Assembly: GCA_040755995.1 (NCBI GenBank)
Contig: JBFMAF010000003.1
Coordinates: forward strand, 94,210 to 158,209
Source: Acidobacteriota bacterium
GTDB taxonomy: Bacteria > Acidobacteriota > CAIWXX01
Length of the DNA: 64,000 nt
Reading direction: 5' to 3'
Both the position numbers and the translations under genes were made by a program. The notes under the pieces are model-generated. The model saw only the letters and a list, made by a program, of their open reading frames with translations. It was not told where the DNA came from and did not search any database. Positions 19,176 to 29,569 of this stretch are shown piece after piece; the stretch's first letter is position 1, and every line of letters begins with the position of its first letter.

Positions 19176-20396
19176 TCACCGGATGAGCCCGTCGGCCAGT
19201 ATGCGCTTGGCCGCCAGGTCGGCGGCCAGGTCCTGGCCGGCCGAGTTCCAGTGGTCGTTGCCGTGGCGGAAGTAGAGCGAGTCGGGATTGCTGGCGGCGT
19301 AAGGATCGTACAGATTCAGCGTGTCGATCCCATGCCGTTTCGCAAGGTCCTCGGTAAGCGTCGTCAGCCGCGTGGGTCTGTAGTTCTCGTAGACGCGCCG
19401 CTTCACTCTTGTCTCGTATGTCTTGCACACGTCGATGGGAGACGGGATGATCATCAGGAGAAGCGGCACGGAGTTGTCGTCCGAGATCCGCTTGATCCTG
19501 CCCAAAACCTGTGCCATCAGGCGCACTTTGTAGCGCGCCGAGTCGGAGGTTGGAAACAGGCTGACGTCTGCATCATAGGCGTCTCTGAAAATCGCAAAGA
19601 CCTTGTCGTTCCCACCGACGACGAAGTCCTCATAGTCCTCGGCGCACCTCCGCAGCGAATGCTCGATGTGGTTGCGTGCCAGCACGTCCGGGTCCAGGGT
19701 CCGCGCCGAGCCCTCTCCGGACGAAAGCATTCGCGCCACCAGCTGGGCTCCTCTCACCACCTGCAGGTCGCTTCGCCGCCGCGCGCCTTCGAAGTCCCGC
19801 TCGAGCGACGAATCGACTTTCCAGCTGTTCTCGACCATGCGGCCGGAGTCGTCGAGGCGGTAGAGCTTGTTCCTCAGCAGGTCACCGAAGTCGTTGCCGA
19901 CGTAAATCGAGACGACGACAACTGACGGCTTGAGCGAGCCGATCTCATCTTGCATCCGGACGCTGATCTGGTCCGGCCCGTAGCCGGCAACCCCTGCATT
20001 GATGACTTCCACGGGACTCTGCAGACCGGCGCTCAGCTTCTCCTGCAGCCGCCATGCGAAGGTCTCCTCCGTGCGCGTGTACTCCGCCTCGATGAACGAA
20101 TCGCCGTAGACCAGGACTCGCCGCGGCGGCGGCCCCGAGCCGAGCTCCGGGCCTCTGTAGCCGCTGCTGTTGATCGTCAGAAGCACCCGACTCCTGCCCT
20201 CGTCCGTGTCCACCCACACCGTCTTGCGAGCATTTGGAATCAGCCTGTATATGCACCGCGGGTCAAGCTGATAGACCAGTCCCTGGATCGGAAACCACCG
20301 GCGCAAGAACACTTCTGTGGCCGCCAGACACACGAAGCACGACACGAGCAGTACGGCGAGATTCAACGCGGCCGCCCGCCAGTTAATCGGTTTCAC
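19176..20396 (-). CDS. Membrane-anchored SGNH/GDSL hydrolase-family protein
   Basis: N-terminal TM helix; GDSF, NAGVAGYG, GNDF, DHWN motifs. Confidence 0.88.
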   Translation of the reverse strand: MKPINWRAAALNLAVLLVSCFVCLAATEVFLRRWFPIQGLVYQLDPRCIYRLIPNARKTVWVDTDEGRSRVLLTINSSGYRGPELGSGPPPRRVLVYGDSFIEAEYTRTEETFAWRLQEKLSAGLQSPVEVINAGVAGYGPDQISVRMQDEIGSLKPSVVVVSIYVGNDFGDLLRNKLYRLDDSGRMVENSWKVDSSLERDFEGARRRSDLQVVRGAQLVARMLSSGEGSARTLDPDVLARNHIEHSLRRCAEDYEDFVVGGNDKVFAIFRDAYDADVSLFPTSDSARYKVRLMAQVLGRIKRISDDNSVPLLLMIIPSPIDVCKTYETRVKRRVYENYRPTRLTTLTEDLAKRHGIDTLNLYDPYAASNPDSLYFRHGNDHWNSAGQDLAADLAAKRILADGLIR

Positions 20397-20527
20397 TGGA
20401 CCTCGGCATCATCTTCTTTGGCTGCTTGCTGAAGCCCGTGCCTTGTGCGGCAGACGCGGGGACGCGGCGAAGCGGAGACGCGGAGAGCCGAACCCGGCCT
20501 CAATGCCGGCCGCGAAGAAGCCGAGAC

Positions 20528-21667
20528 TCATTCGAGCTTCAACTTCCGCTTGACCACCTTCAGGCTGGTGACGAGCGTTTCGTCGAGCGGATCGAGGGCG
20601 TGGGCGTTCTCCCACGCATCGAGCGCCCCGGTGAAGTCGTGTTCGCGGAACCTCTCGCACCCCTCGTCGAACAGGGCGTTGAACTTCTCGCGCGACGACT
20701 CTTGAAGACGCATCTTCCGGATCGTCTCCGCGTTCAGCTTCTCTCTGGTCTCCTTCTCCACCGCGCTGTGCTGTGTGTCGATAAGTCTCTCGAGCTCCTC
20801 GCGCGATGCGCCGGCCGGAGGGTATCCGGTGCGCGTAAGAACCGTCCGCCCGTCCACGGTGACCGTTGTCACGATCTGATTCTGCGGGTGAGTCGAAAAC
20901 TCGCTCTGGATCTGGAACAACCGGTTTTCGACTCGCAGGGCCGATAGGCGCCCCATCGGTCTCGGCGCGCCTCCGCCGCCACCGGCCGCATCGGCTCCCA
21001 ATGCGATCGCTGCCTGTTCCAGATCCCTGAAATCGAACGGCTGGGCGTGGATGACGAACGTGCCCGCCGTGAGATTGAACAGCCGTTCCAAGAAGTCCGC
21101 CGATTCCTCGGACGTGCTGAGGCCGAGCGTCCCACCTCGGAACTGAAGCCGCGTGTGCATGGTCGGGCTCGTCACCACAACTTCGCCGGTCAGTCCGCGA
21201 CGTTTGCAGAACTGCAGCAGCTTTGCGAATGAGAAGCCCGTCAGGTCTCCGTAAAACGTCGGTGTCGTGTATCGCGTCTTCTTCTGAATCACCGATCTCA
21301 CCTTGGCCCGCAGGATGTCCAGGTGAATCGGCTTCACCAGGAAATCATCGGCTCCAAGGTCGAGCCCGAGAATCATGCTGTAGCGGTCAGAGAGTGAAGA
21401 CAGAAAGACGAACGGCGTGAGGCGGTGAGGAAAACGCCGCGAATATTCGCCAAAAAACTGGAAGCCATCCATCTCCGGCATCATGACGTCGGACACAACG
21501 AGGTCCGGCTCGATCTTGTCCGCCTGTGCCAGCGCGTCGACTCCTGAAGAAGCGGCGCCGACCCGGTAGCCTTCACCCCTAAGGCCGGTCGCGATCATCT
21601 CACGTATCGGCGCCTCGTCGTCCACCAGGAGGATCCTGATCTCCCTTTTCGATTCCTGCGCTGCCAT
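20528..21667 (-). CDS. Response regulator (REC + DUF4388-like domain + C-terminal TPR)
   Basis: ILLVDDE, SDVMMPEMDG, GADDFLVKP; FYGDLTGFSFAKLLQF...TGEV. Confidence 0.9.
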   Translation of the reverse strand: MAAQESKREIRILLVDDEAPIREMIATGLRGEGYRVGAASSGVDALAQADKIEPDLVVSDVMMPEMDGFQFFGEYSRRFPHRLTPFVFLSSLSDRYSMILGLDLGADDFLVKPIHLDILRAKVRSVIQKKTRYTTPTFYGDLTGFSFAKLLQFCKRRGLTGEVVVTSPTMHTRLQFRGGTLGLSTSEESADFLERLFNLTAGTFVIHAQPFDFRDLEQAAIALGADAAGGGGGAPRPMGRLSALRVENRLFQIQSEFSTHPQNQIVTTVTVDGRTVLTRTGYPPAGASREELERLIDTQHSAVEKETREKLNAETIRKMRLQESSREKFNALFDEGCERFREHDFTGALDAWENAHALDPLDETLVTSLKVVKRKLKLE

Positions 21668-21724
21668 GGGAATTCCATTATACAACGATCGCCGGCGGCC
21701 GGAAGGGAATCGCGACGCGGCAAC

Positions 21725-22879
21725 CTAGCGGTTGGCGGGCGATGAGGACGGCCGTGTCGAGCTGTGGAGCGTGATGCGCACGATCTCGCTCGGGCGCCAC
21801 AGCCGCATTCGAGGCCCCCACGTGCCGGTGCCGCGGCACACGACCAGGCTCATCCCGCCGATCTGGCGGAGCCCTCCGGTCAAAGGGTACTGGCTGCGGA
21901 CGACGTACGTGAACGGCCAGATCTGGCCGTCGTGTGTGTGCCCTGAAAGCATCAAGTCTACGCCGCTCGCGGCCGCCTGGTCCATCTTCCACGGCGTATG
22001 CGAGATGAACACCGTGGCTCCAGCTGGTCGGCCCGAAAGCGCGTGACCGACCGCGTCGTCGGCGACGCCGAACTGGCGGCGGGCGGTCAGATCGTCCACA
22101 CCGGCGAAGACGAGTCCTGGGACGACCTCCCGCCACTGGTCTCTGAGGACGCGAAATCCGGCGTCCCCGAACACACCGAGTGAGTGTTCGACGCCGGCGT
22201 AGTACTCGTGATTCCCCGTCACGGCCCAGACGCCGAGCGGCGCGCGCAGGCGCTGGAGCACCGGCCGGAGCGGCTCCATTTCTCGCGCATCGCCATCCAC
22301 GAGATCGCCTCCTACGACGATAACGTCGGGCTTCAGCTCCTCCACCCGGTCGACCACGTTCCCCAACCAGCGCACGCCCAGCAACGACCCCACGTGCAGG
22401 TCGGAGATATGGACCAGCACGAGCCCATCCCGATCGGCGGGCAGCCCGTCGAGCGTAATATCATAATTGGTGAGGACCGGCCGCCGCGTGCCCTGCACAA
22501 CCGCGACCACCGAGAGCATCCCTGCAGCGACGACGGCTCCAGTCCTGAGCGATCCCGACGCGGAGGGCAGAAGGCGGCCGAACCCGCTGACGACGTCCAC
22601 CGCCAGAAAAGCCACCATCAGGAGAAACAGGACCCCCATCCAGTCGGCTCCCACGTATTCCAGCAAGCGACAGATGTACTTCACCCCCAGCCGGTCGAGC
22701 AGCCGTGACAGAGGATACGACGCCCACAGGAAACCCACCACAGCGATCAGCGCGCGGGTGGAAAGGTGCGACTTCACCACAGGCGTGTGCAGCAGCCGCC
22801 AGGTCACATAGACGTGCATGATCGTCCAGATGCCGAGGACGATCGTCAGAAAAACCACGAAACGCCATGTCTGGCTCAT
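21725..22879 (-). CDS. Membrane-bound metallophosphoesterase (YkuE-like)
   Basis: N-terminal TM helices; SDLH, GGDLVDG, GNHE, SHTP, SGHTHDGQ, G-TWGP motifs. Confidence 0.92.
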   Translation of the reverse strand: MSQTWRFVVFLTIVLGIWTIMHVYVTWRLLHTPVVKSHLSTRALIAVVGFLWASYPLSRLLDRLGVKYICRLLEYVGADWMGVLFLLMVAFLAVDVVSGFGRLLPSASGSLRTGAVVAAGMLSVVAVVQGTRRPVLTNYDITLDGLPADRDGLVLVHISDLHVGSLLGVRWLGNVVDRVEELKPDVIVVGGDLVDGDAREMEPLRPVLQRLRAPLGVWAVTGNHEYYAGVEHSLGVFGDAGFRVLRDQWREVVPGLVFAGVDDLTARRQFGVADDAVGHALSGRPAGATVFISHTPWKMDQAAASGVDLMLSGHTHDGQIWPFTYVVRSQYPLTGGLRQIGGMSLVVCRGTGTWGPRMRLWRPSEIVRITLHSSTRPSSSPANR

Positions 22880-23002
22880 AGAGACATTCTACGCGAATCG
22901 CGGCCTCTGAGTTCTAATGGCTGCCAATTGTCGCAGGGCATCCTTGTGCCCACTTGCGACCAACGCGGAGACGAGCTGACACGGGGACGCGGAGAAGGGC
23001 TT

Positions 23003-23031
23003 TTGAAATCGGCCGGGCTACTCGGTAGAAT
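23003..23031 (+). promoter_or_regulatory. Sigma70-type promoter of glmS
   Basis: TTGAAA-17 nt-TAGAAT, ending 32 nt upstream of the ATG. Confidence 0.7.
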
Positions 23032-23063
23032 CGTCGGATGCAGGTGGAGGAAGTGAGGCATCA

Positions 23064-24887
23064 ATGTGCGGAATCATAGGGTACATCGGTTCGCGCGAAG
23101 TCGCGCCGGTGCTGATCGAAGGATTGAAGAGACTCGAGTACCGTGGCTACGATTCGGCGGGGATCGCGGTTGCACAGGGAGGCCGGCTGTCGGTCTGGCG
23201 GTCGAAGGGCAAGATCGCCGATCTCGAGTCGCAGGTCGACGGAAAGGATCTCCGCGGCTCCGTGGGGTTGGGGCACACGCGATGGGCGACACACGGCCGC
23301 CCGAGTGAAGAGAACGCGCATCCGCACCGGGACTGCACCGGTGCCATCGTGGTCGTTCACAACGGCATAATCGAGAACTACCTGGATGTGAAGCGTTCGC
23401 TCATCGCCGAGGGGCACACGTTCCGAACGGAAACCGACACGGAGGTGATCGCGCACCTGGTTGAGAAGCACTTCCGCGGAAGCCTCGCAGAAGCGGCCGC
23501 GGCGGCCGTCCGCGAGCTCGATGGGATGTTTTCCTTCGCGGTGCTGAGCGCCGCTGACCCCGGCGCCATCGTCGCGGCCCGCAACGGGCCTCCGCTGGTA
23601 CTGGGCATTGGCGAACAGGAGAGCTTCGTTTCGTCGGATGTGGCGGCGGTCCTGCCATACACCCGCCGGGTGGTGTTTCTGAACGACCGAGAGTTGGCCG
23701 TCGCGACTCGCTCCGGATGCAGCGTCGCTACGTTCGACGGAACCGCCGTGCAGCGCGAGCCGCAGGCGCTGCGGTGGGACCCGATCATGATCGAGAAGGG
23801 CGGATATCGGCACTTCATGCACAAGGAGATCCACGAGCAGCCCGGCGCCATACGCGAAACGTGCAACGAGCGGATCTCGCTCGACACCGGTCAGGTGTTC
23901 CTCGACGAGACGGCCCTGACCCCAGCCGCCGTCCAACGGCTTCGCGGTGTGAGCCTCATCGCTTGCGGCACCTCGTGGCACGCGGCCCTGGTCGGCAAGT
24001 TCTATGTCGAGCAGATCGCCCGGATCCCATGCGAGGTCGACTACGCGTCAGAATACCGCTATCGCCAGCCACTCACGGACGATCGCGTCCTGACGGTCGT
24101 GATCACCCAGTCCGGCGAGACCGCCGACACCCTTGCCGCGCTGCGCGAGGCCCGCGGCCGGGGCAGCCACGTGGTGGCGATCTGCAACGTCGAAGGGAGC
24201 ATGGCTGTGCGGGAGAGTCACGGCAAGCTCCTGACCCACGCCGGACCCGAGATCGGCGTTGCATCCACAAAGGCGTTCACCTCCCAGCTCGTCGCCCTTT
24301 ACATCCTCGCGCATTATCTGGGCCAACAGAAGGGCACGTTGACACCCGCGGAGTCCCTCCCGGCCCTGACGCAGCTCGCGCGAATTCCGCACGACGTCGA
24401 AATCGCCTTGCATCGCGAGAAGGATGTTGAGGAGCTGGCGCGCAAGTTCTTCCGAGCCTCGAACTTCCTCTACATCGCCCGCGGGATCAACTACCCGGTG
24501 GCGCTGGAAGGCGCCCTGAAGCTCAAGGAGATCTCTTACATTCACGCCGAGGGCTACCCGGCCGGAGAGATGAAGCACGGGCCGATCGCTCTGATCGACG
24601 AGGACATGCCCGTGGTGGTCATCACGGCGAACCGCGGGCTCGCGCAGAAGACGGCGAGCAACATGCAGGAGGTGAAGGCAAGGAACGGGATCCTGATCGC
24701 CGTAGCTAGCGACGATCAGGACGGCACGGGCGCGGACCACGTCCTGCGCGTGCCGGCGACCAGCGACCTGCTGTCGCCGATCGTCGCCGTCGTGCCGCTG
24801 CAGCTGCTCGCCTACCACGTCGCGCTTCTCCGCGGCTGCGACGTAGACCAGCCGCGCAACCTGGCCAAGAGCGTGACGGTGGAATAG
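23064..24887 (+). CDS. glmS: Glutamine--fructose-6-phosphate transaminase (isomerizing)
   Basis: MCGIIG, LEYRGYDSAG, HTRWATHG, SIS domains, PRNLAKSVTVE C-terminus. Confidence 0.99.
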   Translation: MCGIIGYIGSREVAPVLIEGLKRLEYRGYDSAGIAVAQGGRLSVWRSKGKIADLESQVDGKDLRGSVGLGHTRWATHGRPSEENAHPHRDCTGAIVVVHNGIIENYLDVKRSLIAEGHTFRTETDTEVIAHLVEKHFRGSLAEAAAAAVRELDGMFSFAVLSAADPGAIVAARNGPPLVLGIGEQESFVSSDVAAVLPYTRRVVFLNDRELAVATRSGCSVATFDGTAVQREPQALRWDPIMIEKGGYRHFMHKEIHEQPGAIRETCNERISLDTGQVFLDETALTPAAVQRLRGVSLIACGTSWHAALVGKFYVEQIARIPCEVDYASEYRYRQPLTDDRVLTVVITQSGETADTLAALREARGRGSHVVAICNVEGSMAVRESHGKLLTHAGPEIGVASTKAFTSQLVALYILAHYLGQQKGTLTPAESLPALTQLARIPHDVEIALHREKDVEELARKFFRASNFLYIARGINYPVALEGALKLKEISYIHAEGYPAGEMKHGPIALIDEDMPVVVITANRGLAQKTASNMQEVKARNGILIAVASDDQDGTGADHVLRVPATSDLLSPIVAVVPLQLLAYHVALLRGCDVDQPRNLAKSVTVE

Positions 24888-24915
24888 ATTTCAGATCTCA
24901 GATTTCAAATTTGAG
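24888..24915. repeat. Four degenerate tandem heptamers
   Basis: ATTTCAG ATCTCAG ATTTCAA ATTTGAG immediately after the glmS stop. Confidence 0.7.
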
Positions 24916-24956
24916 AGGGCGCCTCGTCGGTACGAGGCCGCGCCTCCGAGGATTGA

Positions 24957-27152
24957 GTGCCGGTGATTGATCTGTCGGGGCTGAACGAACAGCAGCAGGA
25001 GGCGGTGGTGCACGTGGGCACGCCGCTGTTGGTCTCGGCCGGCGCGGGCTCCGGGAAGACCCGCGTGATCACGTACAAGATTGCCCACCTGGTGTACGAC
25101 CTAGGCGTGGATCCAGCGTCCGTTCTGGCTGTGACGTTCACAAACAAAGCGGCCAACGAGATGCGCGAGCGCGTGCACAGGCTGTTCGGGGGTGCGTCGC
25201 CGCCGGATCACGGCGCAGGCTCCCAGGTCACGCGGCAGCTTACGGTTTCTACGTTTCACTCGTACTGCGCCCGGCTGCTCCGTCGCCACTCATCTCTCCT
25301 GGGCTTCCCGCCGTCCTTCACGATCGCGGACGTGCCGGAGCAGGAACGGATACTGAAGGATGCGCTCGCGCGGGCCAAGCTCTCGCCGCAGGGCACGGCG
25401 CGCAAGTGGTTGGGCATGATCTCGCGGGCGAAGGAGCGAGGCATGACGCCGCGCCACGTCCGCGAGGAGGCGGGGTCCTGGGATTCGGACACTCTTGCTT
25501 CGGTCTACGAAGCTTATCAGAAGGCGCTGCTGGAACAGAAGGCGATGGACTTCGACGATCTGCTCCTGTTCGCAGTCCAACTCCTGAGAGGGCACCCGGA
25601 CGTCCTGTCAAGGTATCGTGAGACGCTCGGCCATATCCTCATCGACGAGTACCAGGACACCAACTTCCTGCAGTCCGAGCTCGTGCGACTGCTGGCGCGT
25701 GACCGGGGCCAGGGGCTCTGCGTGGTCGGCGACGAGGACCAGTCGATCTACGGATGGCGGGGCGCGTCTATCGACCACATCCGCCGGTTCGAGAAGGACT
25801 TCCCGGGAGCGAGGGTGATACTGCTCGAGCGCAACTACAGGTCCACGGGCCACATACTGGTCGGTGCGTCGAGCCTGATCCGGAAGAACAAGAATCGCTA
25901 CGAGAAGACGCTGCGTGCGAGCAGACCCATGGGACAGCCCGTGGTGCACTTCGACGGGGAGACGGGACAGGACGAGGTGGAGTTCGTAGTGCGAGAGCTG
26001 CGGCGGCTGATCGAAGAAAAGACCTCTCCTGCCGCGGTGCTGTACCGGGCGAACTATATGAGCCGCGCCTTCGAGGACGGGCTCGTGAGGAGCGGCCTGA
26101 GGTACACCATCGTTGGGAGCCTGCGGTTCTACGAACGGAAGGAGATCAAGGACCTCGCCGCCTACCTCCGCCTGCTCGCCAACCCGCGCGACGCGCAGGC
26201 CTTCGTACGGGCGGCCAACGTGCCGCCGCGCCGCGGGCTCGGGCCGAAGACGCTCGAGAGCATCGTCCAGCACGCGAGGGACAACGACACGGATATCGTC
26301 GAGGCGGCGCGCAGGTTCACAAGATCCAACCGCGCGGGCACCGTGGCGGCGGCCTCGATTCAGGACTTCCTGCAGGTGATGGATCGTGTCGCCGGCGGCG
26401 CGCCGCCGGAGGCGCGCGACGACGTCTCCCCCGAATCGCCGCTGGACCCTGCCGCTCCGCCAGGCGTCGCCTCGGTGCTGCGGCGGGTGCTGGAAGCGTC
26501 GCGGTACGAGGCGGCGCTGAAGGAGGCGGAGGCGGCGGAGGAAGCGGAGGACAGGATCGGCAACGTGCGCGAATTCGTGGAGGCGGCGGAGGAGTTCGAT
26601 CGGGACCGCCGTGGCACTCTCGTCGAGTTCCTCGACACCATCTCGCTCACCACCGCCCAGGACGACCTCAAGGACAGGGCTCCGATCGTTCTCATGACGA
26701 TCCACTGCGCGAAGGGGCTGGAGTTCCCGGCGGTATTTGTGGTCAACATGAATCAGAATGCCTTCCCGACGCCTTACGCGTATCAGAAGGATGACATCGA
26801 GGAGGAACGGCGATTGTGCTACGTCGCCATGACCCGCGCGATCGACCGCCTCTACCTGACTTCCAACGCCGACACCGGCCCGAGCCGCTTCCTGTACGAG
26901 ATCGATTCGTCCTGCTTCGTCGAGCGCGGAGGCGGTGAGGATGAGGCGGCCGGCGAGGAGGGCCCGGCACCCGTGAGCCCACCTGGGAGGAGATCGCTCA
27001 AGCGAGCGGATCGGGTCCAGCACGCGACCTTCGGGCAGGGCACGGTGTTGTCGGTCGAGGGCAAGGGCGAGTCAGCGATGGCCACCGTGCGCTTCGACCA
27101 GCACGGCGTCAAACGGATGGTGCTGAAATACGCGAAGCTCGAGCGCGCTTGA
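24957..27152 (+). CDS. pcrA: UvrD/PcrA-family ATP-dependent DNA helicase
   Basis: AGAGSGKT, TFTNKAA, DEYQDTN, VGDEDQSIYGWRGA, NYRS, EERRLCYVAMTRA; C-terminal Tudor-like RVQHATFGQG. Confidence 0.93.
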   Translation: MPVIDLSGLNEQQQEAVVHVGTPLLVSAGAGSGKTRVITYKIAHLVYDLGVDPASVLAVTFTNKAANEMRERVHRLFGGASPPDHGAGSQVTRQLTVSTFHSYCARLLRRHSSLLGFPPSFTIADVPEQERILKDALARAKLSPQGTARKWLGMISRAKERGMTPRHVREEAGSWDSDTLASVYEAYQKALLEQKAMDFDDLLLFAVQLLRGHPDVLSRYRETLGHILIDEYQDTNFLQSELVRLLARDRGQGLCVVGDEDQSIYGWRGASIDHIRRFEKDFPGARVILLERNYRSTGHILVGASSLIRKNKNRYEKTLRASRPMGQPVVHFDGETGQDEVEFVVRELRRLIEEKTSPAAVLYRANYMSRAFEDGLVRSGLRYTIVGSLRFYERKEIKDLAAYLRLLANPRDAQAFVRAANVPPRRGLGPKTLESIVQHARDNDTDIVEAARRFTRSNRAGTVAAASIQDFLQVMDRVAGGAPPEARDDVSPESPLDPAAPPGVASVLRRVLEASRYEAALKEAEAAEEAEDRIGNVREFVEAAEEFDRDRRGTLVEFLDTISLTTAQDDLKDRAPIVLMTIHCAKGLEFPAVFVVNMNQNAFPTPYAYQKDDIEEERRLCYVAMTRAIDRLYLTSNADTGPSRFLYEIDSSCFVERGGGEDEAAGEEGPAPVSPPGRRSLKRADRVQHATFGQGTVLSVEGKGESAMATVRFDQHGVKRMVLKYAKLERA

Positions 27153-27297
27153 CACGTCGCCTGCTCATGTCCCGCAGCGCCGACCACGGAGTCGGTAGCG
27201 CACCCCCGGCCCCCGCCATGTGCGCATTGGGATTCTGGAGGGCGCGCCTCCGGGTATGAGACGCCGCAACAGCGGCGCCTTACCGCGCGGGGTTCGG

Positions 27298-28446
27298 TTA
27301 CTGAAAGGTGATGATGTCGAGGTCGAGGAAGCGCTTCAGTATCAGGAGCGTTTCTTCCTCGGCCAGGGATGATCCGGCGATCAGGCTCTTCACGTCGCGC
27401 CGGCCGTCGATTCCCATGAAGACCTTGATCTCGAGCGGCGCGAAGACGAGGTTCTTAGTGCGGAAGTCACCCTTGACGACGGGGATCTTGTCACGCGGGA
27501 TCGACTCGCCCGCCTTGAGCTTGGCGGCCATGTTGCGGATCTTCAGCGTGTATACCTTGGCATACTGGTTCAGCGGGTCCAGCTTGAGCACCTCGGCGAA
27601 CGTCTTCTGAGCCTCCGGATAGTGACCCTCCTTGAATTCGCGGTCGCCGCGCTTGACCAGCACCCCGATCTGCCGCACCATCTCCTCTGTCTTGGGTTCC
27701 TCGCCGGTGGAGTCGACGGCCAGGACCTCGGCCGCCAGAAGATCCGTCAGCAGGCAGCTGACCTCGTAGTCGGACCGATTCACGTCGAGGGCGATCCGGC
27801 CGACGCTGTATGACTTGCCGGCCAGCCTGAACACCGCCTCCTTGAGCTCGTCCAGCTCCCCCTCCGGCGCCCGGCCGGTGTGCTTGAAGGTCGTACTGTT
27901 GCTCGGGATCACCTCGCGAATTCGCGTCCAATCGTCGATCCGTTTGATACCCTCCAGCACGATCTCCGAGACATTCTGCGACAGCGCGATCTTGATCCCC
28001 TCCGGAACCTCCTCCTCATAGAACCCGAACTTGCCCTCGGTCCAGAAGAACATGTCGAAGATGGCCTCGCGAGTCTTCAGTTCCAGGGTCCCGCGGATCT
28101 GATCCTCGCTTGCAATGCCGTCCTCCACGAGTATTTCGCCCAGCAGCTTCTTCCGCTTGTGCTGCTTCAGCAGCCCCCAGAAGAGCTGCTCTTCCGTAAT
28201 GTACTTCTGCAAGACGAGGAAATGCCCGAGCGACTCGCGCGGGTTGTTCGACGAGCTCGAAACAATCACCCCGTCCTTGAAGTAGATGAACTTCTTCAGC
28301 GAATCCCTTTCGACGAGCAACCTGCCCGTCTTCCTCCCGTACGCGACCCACTGCAGCAGATCCGAGAGGCTCATCGACTTCAGGCTGCCGCCCACCGCCA
28401 GAGTACTCTGGGTGCTTCTCATCTCGGATTCCATGCTGAAGTTCAT
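27298..28446 (-). CDS. DUF4388 (PatA-N-like) domain protein with TPR
   Basis: GSLKSMSLSDLLQW...KTGRL...IYFKDG...LGEILV...WTEGKFGF...EGIKRIDDW; TPR-like segment. Confidence 0.85.
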   Translation of the reverse strand: MNFSMESEMRSTQSTLAVGGSLKSMSLSDLLQWVAYGRKTGRLLVERDSLKKFIYFKDGVIVSSSSNNPRESLGHFLVLQKYITEEQLFWGLLKQHKRKKLLGEILVEDGIASEDQIRGTLELKTREAIFDMFFWTEGKFGFYEEEVPEGIKIALSQNVSEIVLEGIKRIDDWTRIREVIPSNSTTFKHTGRAPEGELDELKEAVFRLAGKSYSVGRIALDVNRSDYEVSCLLTDLLAAEVLAVDSTGEEPKTEEMVRQIGVLVKRGDREFKEGHYPEAQKTFAEVLKLDPLNQYAKVYTLKIRNMAAKLKAGESIPRDKIPVVKGDFRTKNLVFAPLEIKVFMGIDGRRDVKSLIAGSSLAEEETLLILKRFLDLDIITFQ

Positions 28447-28567
28447 CGCCTTAGAGCCTCCGACCTGCTGTCACTCGAAAGAACTCGGCTGCTGGATTCG
28501 GCTGGATCTTCCACTCGCTCAAGACGCAACTACGAAGAGCCCTCCCGGCCGGCATGAACACCCTGTG

Positions 28568-28596
28568 ATATTAAGCGCCCTATCGGTGGATGTCAA
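28568..28596 (-). promoter_or_regulatory. Sigma70-type promoter of the DUF4388 gene
   Basis: Minus strand TTGACA-17 nt-TAATAT. Confidence 0.6.
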
Positions 28597-28633
28597 TTGA
28601 TGACGAGCCCGCGCGGTGGAGTCAGGGCCGGGG

Positions 28634-29560
28634 CTACTTGCGCACGCTGGACCTGCCGCGCGCGCGGTCGCGGCGTGCGTCCTCCATGTAGCCGATCAGC
28701 TTGTAGACAAGACGCGCGGCGAGGAAGTCCGGGGCGTGCAGTCCGGGAATGGGGGACAACTCGACGATGTCCGCGCCGACCACCCTGCGCCGCCTGGCGA
28801 CCTCTCTCAGCAGCGCCGTGACGTCGTGCCACAGCAGGCCGCCGGGCTCCGGCGTCCCCGTCGACGGCACCACGGACGGATCGAACGCGTCGAGGTCGAT
28901 TGTGACGTATACCGGCTCCCCCAGCGCGTCGACCACACGATCGATCCAGCCCGCATCCGCGCGGATGTCGCCGGCGGTGAACATGGAGAACGGGCCGCCG
29001 CTCTTCACCAGCGCGGCGCACTGGGGGGTCATGGAGCGAATGCCGACTCCCGTCACTCCGGCGAACTCCCCCATCCGCCGTGCTGCGCAGGCGTGATTGA
29101 AACGTGAGCCCATGTAGGAATCGCGGAGGTCCGAATGCGCGTCGAACTGGAGGACGTGCAGATCGCGGTAGCGCGCCGCGTGCGCCCGGACGAGCGGCGG
29201 CGATATGGAATGATCGCCGCCGAGCGTGACCAGCGTCTTTCCGCTCGCCAGCGCCGAACGGGCCGCGCGGAAGATGCGGCCCACGGTCGCTTCGACTCCG
29301 GAGGTGTCCACATCGAGCGGGGGCAACGTGTGGATGCCGGCTCTGCACGGCTCGAACCCCAGCTCCTCGTCATAGAACTCCATGAACCGGCTCGACGCGA
29401 TGATCGCCTCCGGCCCGTACCTTGCCCCCGATCGGTAGCTTGTAGTGGCATCGTAGGGGACGGGCAGTATGAGGTATCGACTCGTCTCGAACTCGCTGAG
29501 GCGCCGTCCGAGCCCGAGGAAGTTCCAGTCGGGCTCCGACGGATACGAAGGTCGTCGCAC
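28634..29560 (-). CDS. speB: Agmatinase
   Basis: GGDHS, FDAHSD, DLDAFDPS, TGTPEPGG, ADIVEL; GTG start. Confidence 0.95.
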   Translation of the reverse strand: MRRPSYPSEPDWNFLGLGRRLSEFETSRYLILPVPYDATTSYRSGARYGPEAIIASSRFMEFYDEELGFEPCRAGIHTLPPLDVDTSGVEATVGRIFRAARSALASGKTLVTLGGDHSISPPLVRAHAARYRDLHVLQFDAHSDLRDSYMGSRFNHACAARRMGEFAGVTGVGIRSMTPQCAALVKSGGPFSMFTAGDIRADAGWIDRVVDALGEPVYVTIDLDAFDPSVVPSTGTPEPGGLLWHDVTALLREVARRRRVVGADIVELSPIPGLHAPDFLAARLVYKLIGYMEDARRDRARGRSSVRK

Positions 29561-29569
29561 GGTCGCGGG

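Noticed and set aside
22880..23063. glmS ribozyme upstream of glmS
   Set aside because: The predicted promoter ends only 32 nt from the ATG, leaving no room for it, and I saw no recognisable ribozyme core.
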